A DNA stretch of 64,000 bases. Source: Candidatus Obscuribacter sp. GTDB taxonomy: Bacteria; Cyanobacteriota; Vampirovibrionia; Obscuribacterales; Obscuribacteraceae. This document shows, in pieces, positions 54,952 through 63,800 of the stretch. The translations under genes were made by a program, and so were the position numbers. Each line of letters starts with the position of its first letter. Within the stretch, counting starts at the first letter, position 1. Below the pieces are notes generated by a model that was not told the DNA's origin, did no database searches, and saw nothing but the letters and a program-made list of their open reading frames with translations. The stretch spans positions 10,786 to 74,785 of the forward strand of contig JADYXR010000001.1 of NCBI GenBank assembly GCA_021772095.1. Reading direction: 5' to 3'.

Positions 54952-56652
54952 TCAGAATCGGCGGAATACGCCACCACCCCCAGTACCCTTGAAGACGTTG
55001 TAGTCGAATGTAAATTGAATATCTACATCGGCTGGAGCGCCGTCAGGTAGTGGTCGGAAGGGTGCAGCGTTCTGAATCGCTTTCAGAGCAGCCTGGTCGG
55101 CGATAGCCATGCCTGAAGAACCTATTATGCGGAGGTTAGACATAGTGCCGTTTGTGTGGACCTTGAAGACCACTTGAACACGTTTACTTTCGTTACCTTT
55201 CGGTGGATACCAGGCTCGTTTGATTCTTCTTTGCAGATCAGCCATGTAAGGGCCGAAGTCGACATCTTTCTGAGCGGACAATGATGGACGCCCGGGCTTA
55301 GCGCCCTTGTCCGGATTACCTTCTGAGCCTTCGCCACCACCGCCACCACCACTTCCGGAGGATGGACGAGGAACGCTTGGCGCAACTGCCATTGACGGAC
55401 CGGAATCGCCGGAGCCGCTGCCGGATCCAGATCCGGAGCCTGCACGCGAAGGTGCTGGAGCCGCTGAAGGTCCGCTTCCGTGCCCGCCCTTCGAGGTCGA
55501 GCCCCCACCGCCGCCGGCGAAGACCGGGACCGGTCCGCGCGCGCCGCCGCCACCGGAAGTACCGCGAGTACTGATCGAGGCTATCGGTGCAGGCATAGTG
55601 CCGGAAGAACTGCTAGGCAAAGAGGCAAGAGCAGGTGACGGAGCCGCTGGTGCTCCCACTTTTCCTATCGAAACCGGAGCAGGAACAGGAACAGAATTGG
55701 CTCTTGGCGAGGCTGCCGGAGCAGCAAAAGGATTCGGCATCATCATAGGCGTTTTGTTAGGCGATGGCGACGGACTCGGAGTTGGTGACGGTGCCGCCAT
55801 TGGCGCAGGCGAAGGCGTCGGTCTTGGTGAAGGTGTGGGCGTCGGAGCAGCTGACGGAGACGGTCTCGGCGTCGGACGCGGCGTTGGTTGCGCTTGCGGC
55901 TTAGGCGATGGAGACGGCGTCGGAGCGTGCGTTTGCTCTACCGGTTTTGCCACCGGCTTCGCCTCCGGTGCTTTCGGCGTAGGTTTTGCAGCAGGCTTAG
56001 CCTGGCTTGGCGCCTTCGGTTGCGGTGACGGAGGCGAAACTTTTTTCTGTGGATCATGCTTGCCGCGATCTTCGGAATTCTTTTCAGCCTTACGTTTTGA
56101 ACGAATCTGCTTTTTCACTTCCGGTTGGTTCTGAATAAATTCGATATCCGTAATCTGCGTTCTAGGCGGCGGCGGAATCAAAAAGAAGAAAGCCAGAATC
56201 AAACATGTCGCCATCAGTGCAACGTGGACCAGATAAGATCCGCTCGACGCCTCAGGCATATCCATAACAGCATCAGCGTAGATCTGCTTGCGCTGAATTA
56301 CGGCAGCATGATCGTACGCATCGCGCATAGCCAATGCGGTAAATGAGAGGAACAACCCGATCAACACTAATGATGCGGGGTTACCTAATCGGAAGTTCAT
56401 CATCGACGCGATTAGCTGCCTGTTCGGCTCCATGTTGAAACCGGTACCGAAGCTATAAAGGCTCTGCAACAGCGATTCGTTAAAAACCAATCCCAGAAAA
56501 ACCATAAAGTTGATCACGCCGACCGCGAGAAACAACGATCCCTTCCTGGATTCACCGTTGTAAAACTGACCTAACCCGGGCAATACCGATAGCAAACCGG
56601 CCATAGTCGGGTCTTTCTGGGGCCGGTCATTTGCCTTTGCGTAAGTAGCCAT
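54952..56652 (-). CDS. TonB-like energy transducer with extra N-terminal membrane domain and very long P/S/G-rich linker
   Basis: C-terminal TonB domain: YMADLQRRIKRAWYPPK...VQVVFKVHTNGTMSNLRIIGSSGMAIADQAALKAIQNAAPFRPLP. The helix before the linker contains S-x3-H (SYLVH). ATG at 56652 preferred; the track starts at GTG 56748. Confidence 0.65.
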   Translation of the reverse strand: MATYAKANDRPQKDPTMAGLLSVLPGLGQFYNGESRKGSLFLAVGVINFMVFLGLVFNESLLQSLYSFGTGFNMEPNRQLIASMMNFRLGNPASLVLIGLFLSFTALAMRDAYDHAAVIQRKQIYADAVMDMPEASSGSYLVHVALMATCLILAFFFLIPPPPRTQITDIEFIQNQPEVKKQIRSKRKAEKNSEDRGKHDPQKKVSPPSPQPKAPSQAKPAAKPTPKAPEAKPVAKPVEQTHAPTPSPSPKPQAQPTPRPTPRPSPSAAPTPTPSPRPTPSPAPMAAPSPTPSPSPSPNKTPMMMPNPFAAPAASPRANSVPVPAPVSIGKVGAPAAPSPALASLPSSSSGTMPAPIASISTRGTSGGGGARGPVPVFAGGGGGSTSKGGHGSGPSAAPAPSRAGSGSGSGSGSGDSGPSMAVAPSVPRPSSGSGGGGGGEGSEGNPDKGAKPGRPSLSAQKDVDFGPYMADLQRRIKRAWYPPKGNESKRVQVVFKVHTNGTMSNLRIIGSSGMAIADQAALKAIQNAAPFRPLPDGAPADVDIQFTFDYNVFKGTGGGGVFRRF

Positions 56653-57161
56653 GGAAGTAGGTTTCCGTCCTGAGTAGTAAAGAGAGGTTTCCGTATCCGT
56701 ACAAAACGAGCCATGAAGGAACGAACTTTTAGATACGACCAGAAACACGATGAATTTGTTTCTGAAAGCTTGAAGGCATTGAACCCACTAATTAAATGTC
56801 TTAATCAATATAGGTAGGTCCGCTTGGGCTCCCTGTCGCCGTTAGAAATACTTGCCGATCGCCTGATTAACGAAAGTTCAGTATAACTCGTATAGTTTAA
56901 ACCCGCTCAAAGCCAGGATTCAAGAGGGTTGCAGTTGATAACCATCAACTCATCTGCCAGTCGCCCAAAATTCTTTCGGCGACTGGAATAGTTTCACTAT
57001 ATAGCTATCCGCAGCAAGCCGCTACGGTTCTTTGACGCAATCGATCATCAGTAAAACCCCGATACAAATCCTGGGGTTTACCCTGACTATTGGGATATGA
57101 CAAGCTTCTGGAAGAACTAAACCAAAATCTGCTCTGGTTTGGTTCTCACCGCTAAGCGAAA

Positions 57162-58169
57162 TTACATGCTGGCTTCGGGCATGCGAAGCTCTTCGGCAAG
57201 TTCGATTTTCAGTTCGTCACCAGGACGTACTTCGACTTTTTTGCCTTTCTTGGCAAGAAGAATTGCTACGCCAACCGCCAGTCCAACGCCTGCTCCAATC
57301 AACGCGGCGCCGCCTTTGGTGATTTTGCTGTTGTCGTTGTTGTTGTTGTTGCCGACGCCGTTGTTATTGTTATTGCTTCCGGAATTGCCAGCCAGATAAC
57401 CGATACCGAGACCGGCTAACAGAGGCAATGAAACTGCACCGGTATCAAACGCCACATCTTTCAATCCACGTCGAGCGTGCACTACGCCGCCACGTGCCAC
57501 CAGATTGGCGACAATTGGAATAGAACGTTGATCGGGTGTGGTTATCGAGTCAAACTTCATTCCGACAGAACCCGAACGGTTGAGCGCTCTTGGCGAGTTC
57601 AACTGAGCGATTCTTCCTTTGATAATCGATCCGGCAGGCACAACGGTTGAGCCGTCAATGCTCAAGTCTTCGGAAGTTCTGGCAGCGAATTCATCGCCTT
57701 CCTGACTGGTATCGGAGTCAACCGCGGTATCCATAATGATTGGAATTTTGGTACCGGTCGGTACTACTTTTACGTAACCTTTTAATACTTTGCTCGAGGC
57801 AGTCGTCGTCTTATCTTCGCCACCACCGGTGGTACTAGTGCCGGCAGCATCTGTGGCTGTCGTCGTGGCATCACTTTCGGTGGCAGGCGTTTCTGCTTTT
57901 GCAGGGACTTTCGCTTCGTCCAATTGCGGACTTTCCGACTGCAGTGACGGTGTTATCGGAACAGAAAAATGATTATCGGATGAAGTCGAAGTCGAGCTGT
58001 CATCCGCGGAACTTGGCGCTTCGTCCGACGGTTCCTTAGCAGGACCTTCCGGATTGTAAATCTTGAAATTGAGTTGCGGTTCGTCACCAGCGATTGCAGG
58101 GGTGACGGTGCCTGCCAACATCAACAGGGAGAGTGACACAGCGATGAGCGAGTTACCGGTCCGAGACAT
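57162..58169 (-). CDS. Exported protein with TrbI/VirB10-like beta segment, poly-Asn tract and Gly-zipper helix (function unknown)
   Basis: Signal peptide LIAVSLSLLMLAGTVTPAIAG and an S/T/D-rich linker. VVPTGTKIPIIMDTAVDSDTSQEGDEFAARTSEDLSIDGSTVVPAGSIIKGRI resembles the TrbI/VirB10 barrel pattern (by eye only). Then NNNNNGVGNNNNN and GGAALIGAGVGLAVGVAILLA. Confidence 0.5.
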   Translation of the reverse strand: MSRTGNSLIAVSLSLLMLAGTVTPAIAGDEPQLNFKIYNPEGPAKEPSDEAPSSADDSSTSTSSDNHFSVPITPSLQSESPQLDEAKVPAKAETPATESDATTTATDAAGTSTTGGGEDKTTTASSKVLKGYVKVVPTGTKIPIIMDTAVDSDTSQEGDEFAARTSEDLSIDGSTVVPAGSIIKGRIAQLNSPRALNRSGSVGMKFDSITTPDQRSIPIVANLVARGGVVHARRGLKDVAFDTGAVSLPLLAGLGIGYLAGNSGSNNNNNGVGNNNNNDNSKITKGGAALIGAGVGLAVGVAILLAKKGKKVEVRPGDELKIELAEELRMPEASM

Positions 58170-58490
58170 TGTGATTCTCCATTGGTTCTTGCGAACGTTA
58201 CCTGATACGGATTTTGAAAAAATCTCTATGATGACTGCGACTTCGGGTTAGCAGTCAAGTGGAGCAGCCAGTCTAACACGCCACTCCATAACCGAAATTA
58301 GCGATTGCTAGGAAATCTTTGAAACCGCCAGCGGACAGGAAAAAACTGTTACCGCAATGTTGCGATACTTCTCGAAGCCTGCCCAAGGGATTGCAATCCG
58401 GGTTAGCCAATCCCACTATAGTGAATTAAACTAAATACAGTGTAGGGAAAGCGACGCCACCGAGTTGAGGTCGCCTATGAGGTACTGCAA

Positions 58491-60524
58491 GTGATCCAAT
58501 GCCCAATCTGTCAGGTGCTCAACGAAGACGGCGCGCTCTTTTGCGCTGAGTGCGGTCAGAGATTTGCGCCCACCAGTTCTGCTCCGCAGCCACCGGCTCA
58601 GCAGCAGCAGCCGCAGCAACCGCCCCAGTTTTTCCCTCAGCAACCCAGCCAGAGCGACACCGCACCACCGGATCAAGACCCCAGCCGTCCTGCCAAGATC
58701 AAGCTCCGCTCACCGATGCTGGGCAGCTCCGATGACGATATGGACGGCTATGAGAAGCCCCAGATGAACAAGCTGAGAGGCACTGGCGGCCCGCGTCCGG
58801 AAGGGGAGTCGCAGCGCTCGACCGGTAAGAAACAACATTTGCGATCGCCGCTACTGGACGGAGACGACAGCGACAGCTACGATGACGACGAGGGCAGCCA
58901 ATCGCCTCCACGCGGCAAGTCGCGCGGCGGCTCACCGGATCACGATCCTCAAGAAAATACTATGCAAAAGAAAAAACGGCTGCGCTCGCCACTCTTAGGC
59001 GACGACGACGGCGACAGCAATGAAGACTTCACGCCAGAACCCGGACACCCGGGGGCAAAACGACCATTGCGCTCGCCTCTGCTCGGCGGCAGTGACGACA
59101 GCGCCCCACCGCGAGGTAGCTCGAAGAAAGGTTCTTTACGCTCACCTTTATTAGGTGGCTCCGATGACGATTTCGATGATGAAGCTGAAGAACCGCGTTC
59201 CAAGAAGGGCGGACTGCGTTCTCCTATGCTCGGAGGCGGCGGCGGCGGAGCAGAACATCATCCAGGCCCCAGACACAGAGGCGGTTTACACTCACCTTTA
59301 TTAGGTGATGCGGACGATTATCCCGACGACGAGGATGACGAACCACGACCACCGAAGCGCAACCAGACCGGTCCTGGCGGCAAGCCCAAATTGCGTTCGG
59401 CCTTGCTGGGCGGAGGCGGCGGATATGACGATGACGAGGATCTCGATGACGACTGGGATGACGAAGACGACGATAATCCGGACGTTCTAAGATCGCCTCT
59501 TTTGGCAGCAAAACGAAAGCGAAGGCCCAAACCACCGGCGCCGGCAGCCGCAACCGCTCCGGGACAAGGAGTATTCGGCAATCAGGATATGCCTCCTGGT
59601 GTGCAAATTCATAGGCCCGGCGGCGAACCGCATCAAGGGCAAAACGTCAATCCCGGCGCGCCTTCCCAACAATTTCCAGGACAACAACAGCCCTATCATC
59701 CATCCCAAGGTCAAACGGGACAAATTCAGCAAGCGCCAAGCGCCGCTTTCCCTGGTCCTAGCGAACCACAACCGCCATGGCAAGGCGTTGGAGCGCCGCC
59801 TCTTCCAGGATGGCCAGGAGAGTCCCAGCCTCAACCCGGTCAACCCTGGCCGCCGCCCGGACTGCCCAATCCAGGCATGCAAACACCAGGCTCGGTTCCG
59901 CCACTGCCGGTGGAGTCACTACCAACTTCGCCGCCATGGCAGAATCAGGCAGAACATCCGGCTGTCGGCGTGTTGAGAACAGCCGGCGCATCGCACGAAG
60001 TGCCACCAATTGTCGACGACAATGATGAATTTCAATTAGATATTTCGGAACCCACCGGCTTTTCGGTTCCCGCACCGGCACAGACTCCTGTAGCCGAAGC
60101 ACCACGACTGGTGCCGCCACAATCCCCGGCGCGCAGTCTCTCGGCACCATCAAAGAGCGATGATGACGAATCGGATCTCGATCAAATCGATCAAAAGCCC
60201 GAACGAAGAAATCGCGTCGAAAGGCGACGAAATGACAGACGTTTTTCCAACCTTATAGATGAAAAGCCAGGACAGAAATCCTTCGATGACGAAGACGACT
60301 ACTCAGTGGGTCGTCCGACTGCGCCGAGTGGTGCCAATGCCGGTCTGGGTAAAGCAATGTTTGCACTGGGTGCGCTTGCCCTCGGATTGAAGATCTGGTT
60401 CGTCATCCGCGCCGCCGGTATGTGGAATCTTGCTCAGATGCCGGAGTTCGTAGTCGAACAAGCATTCAGCGGATTAGCACTTGTCGGTCTGATAGTTTTG
60501 GCGCTAAGTAGTATGAAGAAATAG
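58491..60524 (+). CDS. Zinc-ribbon protein with nine LRSPLLGG/acidic repeats, P/Q-rich region and C-terminal TM helices
   Basis: N-terminal zinc ribbon CPICQVLNEDGALFCAECG. Nine motif copies between about 58695 and 59510. C-terminal helices LGKAMFALGALALGLKIWFVI and FSGLALVGLIVLALSS. Confidence 0.7.
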   Translation: MIQCPICQVLNEDGALFCAECGQRFAPTSSAPQPPAQQQQPQQPPQFFPQQPSQSDTAPPDQDPSRPAKIKLRSPMLGSSDDDMDGYEKPQMNKLRGTGGPRPEGESQRSTGKKQHLRSPLLDGDDSDSYDDDEGSQSPPRGKSRGGSPDHDPQENTMQKKKRLRSPLLGDDDGDSNEDFTPEPGHPGAKRPLRSPLLGGSDDSAPPRGSSKKGSLRSPLLGGSDDDFDDEAEEPRSKKGGLRSPMLGGGGGGAEHHPGPRHRGGLHSPLLGDADDYPDDEDDEPRPPKRNQTGPGGKPKLRSALLGGGGGYDDDEDLDDDWDDEDDDNPDVLRSPLLAAKRKRRPKPPAPAAATAPGQGVFGNQDMPPGVQIHRPGGEPHQGQNVNPGAPSQQFPGQQQPYHPSQGQTGQIQQAPSAAFPGPSEPQPPWQGVGAPPLPGWPGESQPQPGQPWPPPGLPNPGMQTPGSVPPLPVESLPTSPPWQNQAEHPAVGVLRTAGASHEVPPIVDDNDEFQLDISEPTGFSVPAPAQTPVAEAPRLVPPQSPARSLSAPSKSDDDESDLDQIDQKPERRNRVERRRNDRRFSNLIDEKPGQKSFDDEDDYSVGRPTAPSGANAGLGKAMFALGALALGLKIWFVIRAAGMWNLAQMPEFVVEQAFSGLALVGLIVLALSSMKK

Positions 60525-60611
60525 GTGAGTAGTTTTTAACCAGCACCTCTGCGACAGGTCCTTCAGGCCTGCTCAGATTGACAAAAGGTAACTTTCAAAG
60601 AGATAGACGCG

Positions 60612-60620
60612 TGGTATAGT
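60612..60620 (+). promoter_or_regulatory. Candidate extended -10 element (TGgTATAGT)
   Basis: TG at 60612-60613 and TATAGT at 60615-60620, about 105 nt upstream of the ATG at 60726. The -35 is weak. Confidence 0.3.
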
Positions 60621-60725
60621 TGCCCTCGTTCTGAGGAACCTTTCTATCTTGCGCTGACTCTTCAGATCCTTGTTGCAGCCTCCTGCTGAGACGAACTAGT
60701 CAGCCACAACACAGGTACATATTGA

Positions 60726-62036
60726 ATGAGGAATCCACAAATCACGGCACGCCGTGTTCTGCTCCTTGGTTTTGGAGTAACTCTGCTCGCCACGACGAGC
60801 CTTCCGCCTGCTTACTCTATCTCGATAACAGGCTCCAAGAAACCATCTTCCTTTGATCTTCCCTGCGCAGACACGCTAGACGCTGATACTGCCAGTGATG
60901 CCTCCGAGACTCCGGCAAACAACCCTGATCTTGCACCAATGACATTGAGTGCACCACAGGCTGCTGCCACCACCGGCGCAACCACGACTTCACCGACCAG
61001 CCCGGAAGCTGAAGGCACTTTGAACGCCAGTGTCACCACTAATAGTTTCGTACCCAAAGGCCCGCTAGAAGGCGACAACAATGGCTTGCTCGCGCCTACC
61101 AGTGTGAAGGGCAGCAAGACCGGAAAAATCGCAAACCTTGGTAAAGCCAATCTGGTAGACCAGGCGAAATCAATCAGTATTACTCCATTACCACTCATGG
61201 ATTCTGACTCCGATAGTGAAAGAAAGCTGGATGAGAAGAGCGAAATTGAGCGCGAACAACTTACGGGACTTTGGGAATCGACACTGACTCGATCACCTAA
61301 AATCAATTACGTTATTCAAAAGCTCATGCCGAATTCAAACGGGTCCAAGACGACAACAATCTTGATGCGCACGTTGTCTACGGCGATGATGGGTGGACTC
61401 GGAACAGTAGGATTTATGGTTCCCGGCAGCGGCGGATACATGATCCAGAGTGGTGGCATGTCCATCATGAATCAACTTCTCAGTGTTACCGAAGGCTCTG
61501 CCGCCAAAAAGTCCAGAATTACTGAAGATCAACAGCTTGTTCTCTACAATATGATTACAGACACTGCTGCAGATCTAGTTGCTAGTTACAGAGACTATAA
61601 GGGCAAGCACAAGTCGCTTTTCCGTGCTAACGCCGATTTCGAGGATCTGAAGAATCTGGCTCCTGAAGCCAAGAAAGATGGCGCTAAAGTCATGGAAATT
61701 GACTATACGTTGAAGAAGCAACAACGCGATATTGAAGAAATAGGCGGACAGCTCAGCACCTTCAGACTTAAATTAATCGATTTGGCCGGTCCTGATGCAG
61801 TCGCAAAACTGGACAACAGCATCGACGAAGAATTCAAACGACTTCACCCGGAATTGGTTCCGGCAGTTGCAGCAGAGCAAACGAAAGAACAGCCGGCTGA
61901 AGCACCGAATGAGTCAGAAGTCGCCAACGAAAAAAACGATGAAGCTAAACTTGAGTCATCGACCACGAAAGTCGCCGACAAAACGAACGTGCACTCAACT
62001 GACGTGAAGAATCACTTCAAGTTACATCCGCTATAA
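60726..62036 (+). CDS. Exported protein with disordered N-terminal half and helical C-terminal half (function unknown)
   Basis: Signal-like VLLLGFGVTLLATTSLPPAYS. An S/T/A/D-rich region, a Gly/Met-rich hydrophobic patch (MMGGLGTVGFMVPGSGGYMIQSGGMSIM), then coiled-coil-like sequence. Confidence 0.55.
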   Translation: MRNPQITARRVLLLGFGVTLLATTSLPPAYSISITGSKKPSSFDLPCADTLDADTASDASETPANNPDLAPMTLSAPQAAATTGATTTSPTSPEAEGTLNASVTTNSFVPKGPLEGDNNGLLAPTSVKGSKTGKIANLGKANLVDQAKSISITPLPLMDSDSDSERKLDEKSEIEREQLTGLWESTLTRSPKINYVIQKLMPNSNGSKTTTILMRTLSTAMMGGLGTVGFMVPGSGGYMIQSGGMSIMNQLLSVTEGSAAKKSRITEDQQLVLYNMITDTAADLVASYRDYKGKHKSLFRANADFEDLKNLAPEAKKDGAKVMEIDYTLKKQQRDIEEIGGQLSTFRLKLIDLAGPDAVAKLDNSIDEEFKRLHPELVPAVAAEQTKEQPAEAPNESEVANEKNDEAKLESSTTKVADKTNVHSTDVKNHFKLHPL

Positions 62037-62051
62037 AAATAGCCAGGAACT

Positions 62052-63062
62052 ATGTCTACAGAAAAGAAGAATAACTGGATCGTGTGGCTGATTATTGGTC
62101 TATGCGTTCTTGCGATACCTGTTGGAATTTTCGGCAAACAGTCAAAGAAAACCGAAACTAGTGATACCACTGAGAGTGGCTGGGGTATGGCGTTTAAAGA
62201 TCGCATCAAAGTGATCAACTTAAGCGGCATGATCATGGACAGTGATGAGAAAAGCGTTTTCTCAATGACTGATTCAACTTCTTCGACAATTAAAAAACTG
62301 CGCAAAGCTAAAGACAACCCAAAAATCAAAGCGGTGCTCATCCGCATCAATTCTCCTGGTGGCACGGTCGCGACATCGCAAGAAATAAACGAAGCAGTAA
62401 CCGCTCTCAAAGCGGAAAAGCCTGTTTACTCGAGCATGGGTGACATCGCTGCTTCCGGCGGCTACTACGTGGCTTGCGCGACTGACAAAATCTACGCCAA
62501 CCCCGGAACATTGACCGGTTCTATAGGCGTGATCTTAAACGGTATGAATTTCAAAGGACTGGCCGACAAACTCGGTGTGCAACCACAGGTGGTGAAGTCC
62601 GGTTTATTCAAAGACATCGCGTCGCCTTACAGACCAATGACTGAAGAAGAACGCAAAATCCTCCAGGCTCTAATCGACGACTCCTACGATCAATTCGTAC
62701 ACGCGGTTTCCGCCGGTCGCAAGATGCCTCTCGAGCAAGTCAAAAAAATTGCAGACGGCAGAATTTATTCCGGACGACAAGCTAAAGCAAATGGTTTGGT
62801 AGATGAACTCGGTTCCTATCAATTAGCTCTCGACGGTCTGCAAGCGGCTTGCAAAGAAAAATACAAATTGAGCGCTGATCTGCCGGTCGATGACAAATCG
62901 ACATCGAGTCTTTTCGAAAGTCTTTTCGAATCACAACAGTCATCGTCATTGATTCCACAAATGCCACAAAGCACCAGCATGGAAGCGAACATCGCGCGCG
63001 AGTTGTTGCCTGTGTCGATGCAAGCGCGCTTTCGCAACCAACCATTGTGGTTGATGCAATAG
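62052..63062 (+). CDS. sppA: Signal peptide peptidase SppA, 36K type (peptidase S49)
   Basis: N-terminal TM, KAVLIRINSPGGTVATSQEI, DIAASGGYYVACATDKIYANPGTLTGSIGV, KDIASPYRPMTEEER. Confidence 0.85.
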   Translation: MSTEKKNNWIVWLIIGLCVLAIPVGIFGKQSKKTETSDTTESGWGMAFKDRIKVINLSGMIMDSDEKSVFSMTDSTSSTIKKLRKAKDNPKIKAVLIRINSPGGTVATSQEINEAVTALKAEKPVYSSMGDIAASGGYYVACATDKIYANPGTLTGSIGVILNGMNFKGLADKLGVQPQVVKSGLFKDIASPYRPMTEEERKILQALIDDSYDQFVHAVSAGRKMPLEQVKKIADGRIYSGRQAKANGLVDELGSYQLALDGLQAACKEKYKLSADLPVDDKSTSSLFESLFESQQSSSLIPQMPQSTSMEANIARELLPVSMQARFRNQPLWLMQ

Positions 63063-63122
63063 GTTTGAACGCCTGAATGCGAGCCTTATTCGGCGCTTGC
63101 ATAACTGAATTACGGAGCGAGC

Positions 63123-63770
63123 GTGGACGCCAGTACAACGATCAATTCTGAAGCAACTCAAACCTACGATGGTGAGAATCCGTCGTGGTCGGAGCTTTTC
63201 TATGGAATCTTGATGCATCCGATCACAACGTTCAAACGACTCGACGCTCTATGTGAAATCGGTTCGATTTATAAACTCTGCATGCAAGCCTTCAGCACTG
63301 TCTTTCTAAGCGCTTGCCTCCTCGGTCTGGCAAGAATCACGCCAACCGACGGCTTCGGTTCTTTCTTCGATTTGGTTTCCGCGCTGACCAACGAAATGAT
63401 GCTCTGGGTAATTGCGGCCTCAGTTCTGTCGCTGCTTTCAGCCGTAATTGCAGGAGCTCGCCCGACAAAATGGAAAAAAGCTCTCGTCCTCACTGGATGG
63501 AGCTTCGTTCCGCTCATCTTTTTTGCGCCCATCATATGTTTTAAAAACTCGCTTGGCGCAATGGTTTTGCCATTCATTGCCATACCTACGTGGTGGTCGT
63601 TATTCTTGCTGTTCTCGGCCTACAAAACCGCACTCGATATCAGCGCTCGAAAATTGTTGGTGCTGGTCGTCATCGTCCCGCCCGTTCTATTCCTCGCTTA
63701 CGCTTTCTGGAGCGGACTTTCCTTCTTCTTGATGCTGTCGGAAATACTCAGCGCGTTCAGTGCAAGGTAG
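63123..63770 (+). CDS. Yip1-like polytopic membrane protein
   Basis: SELFYGILMHPITTFKRL, followed by about five hydrophobic helices. GTG start. The family call is by eye only. Confidence 0.45.
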   Translation: MDASTTINSEATQTYDGENPSWSELFYGILMHPITTFKRLDALCEIGSIYKLCMQAFSTVFLSACLLGLARITPTDGFGSFFDLVSALTNEMMLWVIAASVLSLLSAVIAGARPTKWKKALVLTGWSFVPLIFFAPIICFKNSLGAMVLPFIAIPTWWSLFLLFSAYKTALDISARKLLVLVVIVPPVLFLAYAFWSGLSFFLMLSEILSAFSAR

Positions 63771-63800
63771 ATCAAATGACTTACGCATCAACTGCAATCA

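Noticed and set aside
55307-56134. 275-aa plus-strand ORF opposite the TonB-like linker
   Set aside because: It is the reverse complement of the Pro/Ser/Gly-rich linker, so it reads as Gly/Ala/Glu runs. It is a typical low-complexity shadow ORF.
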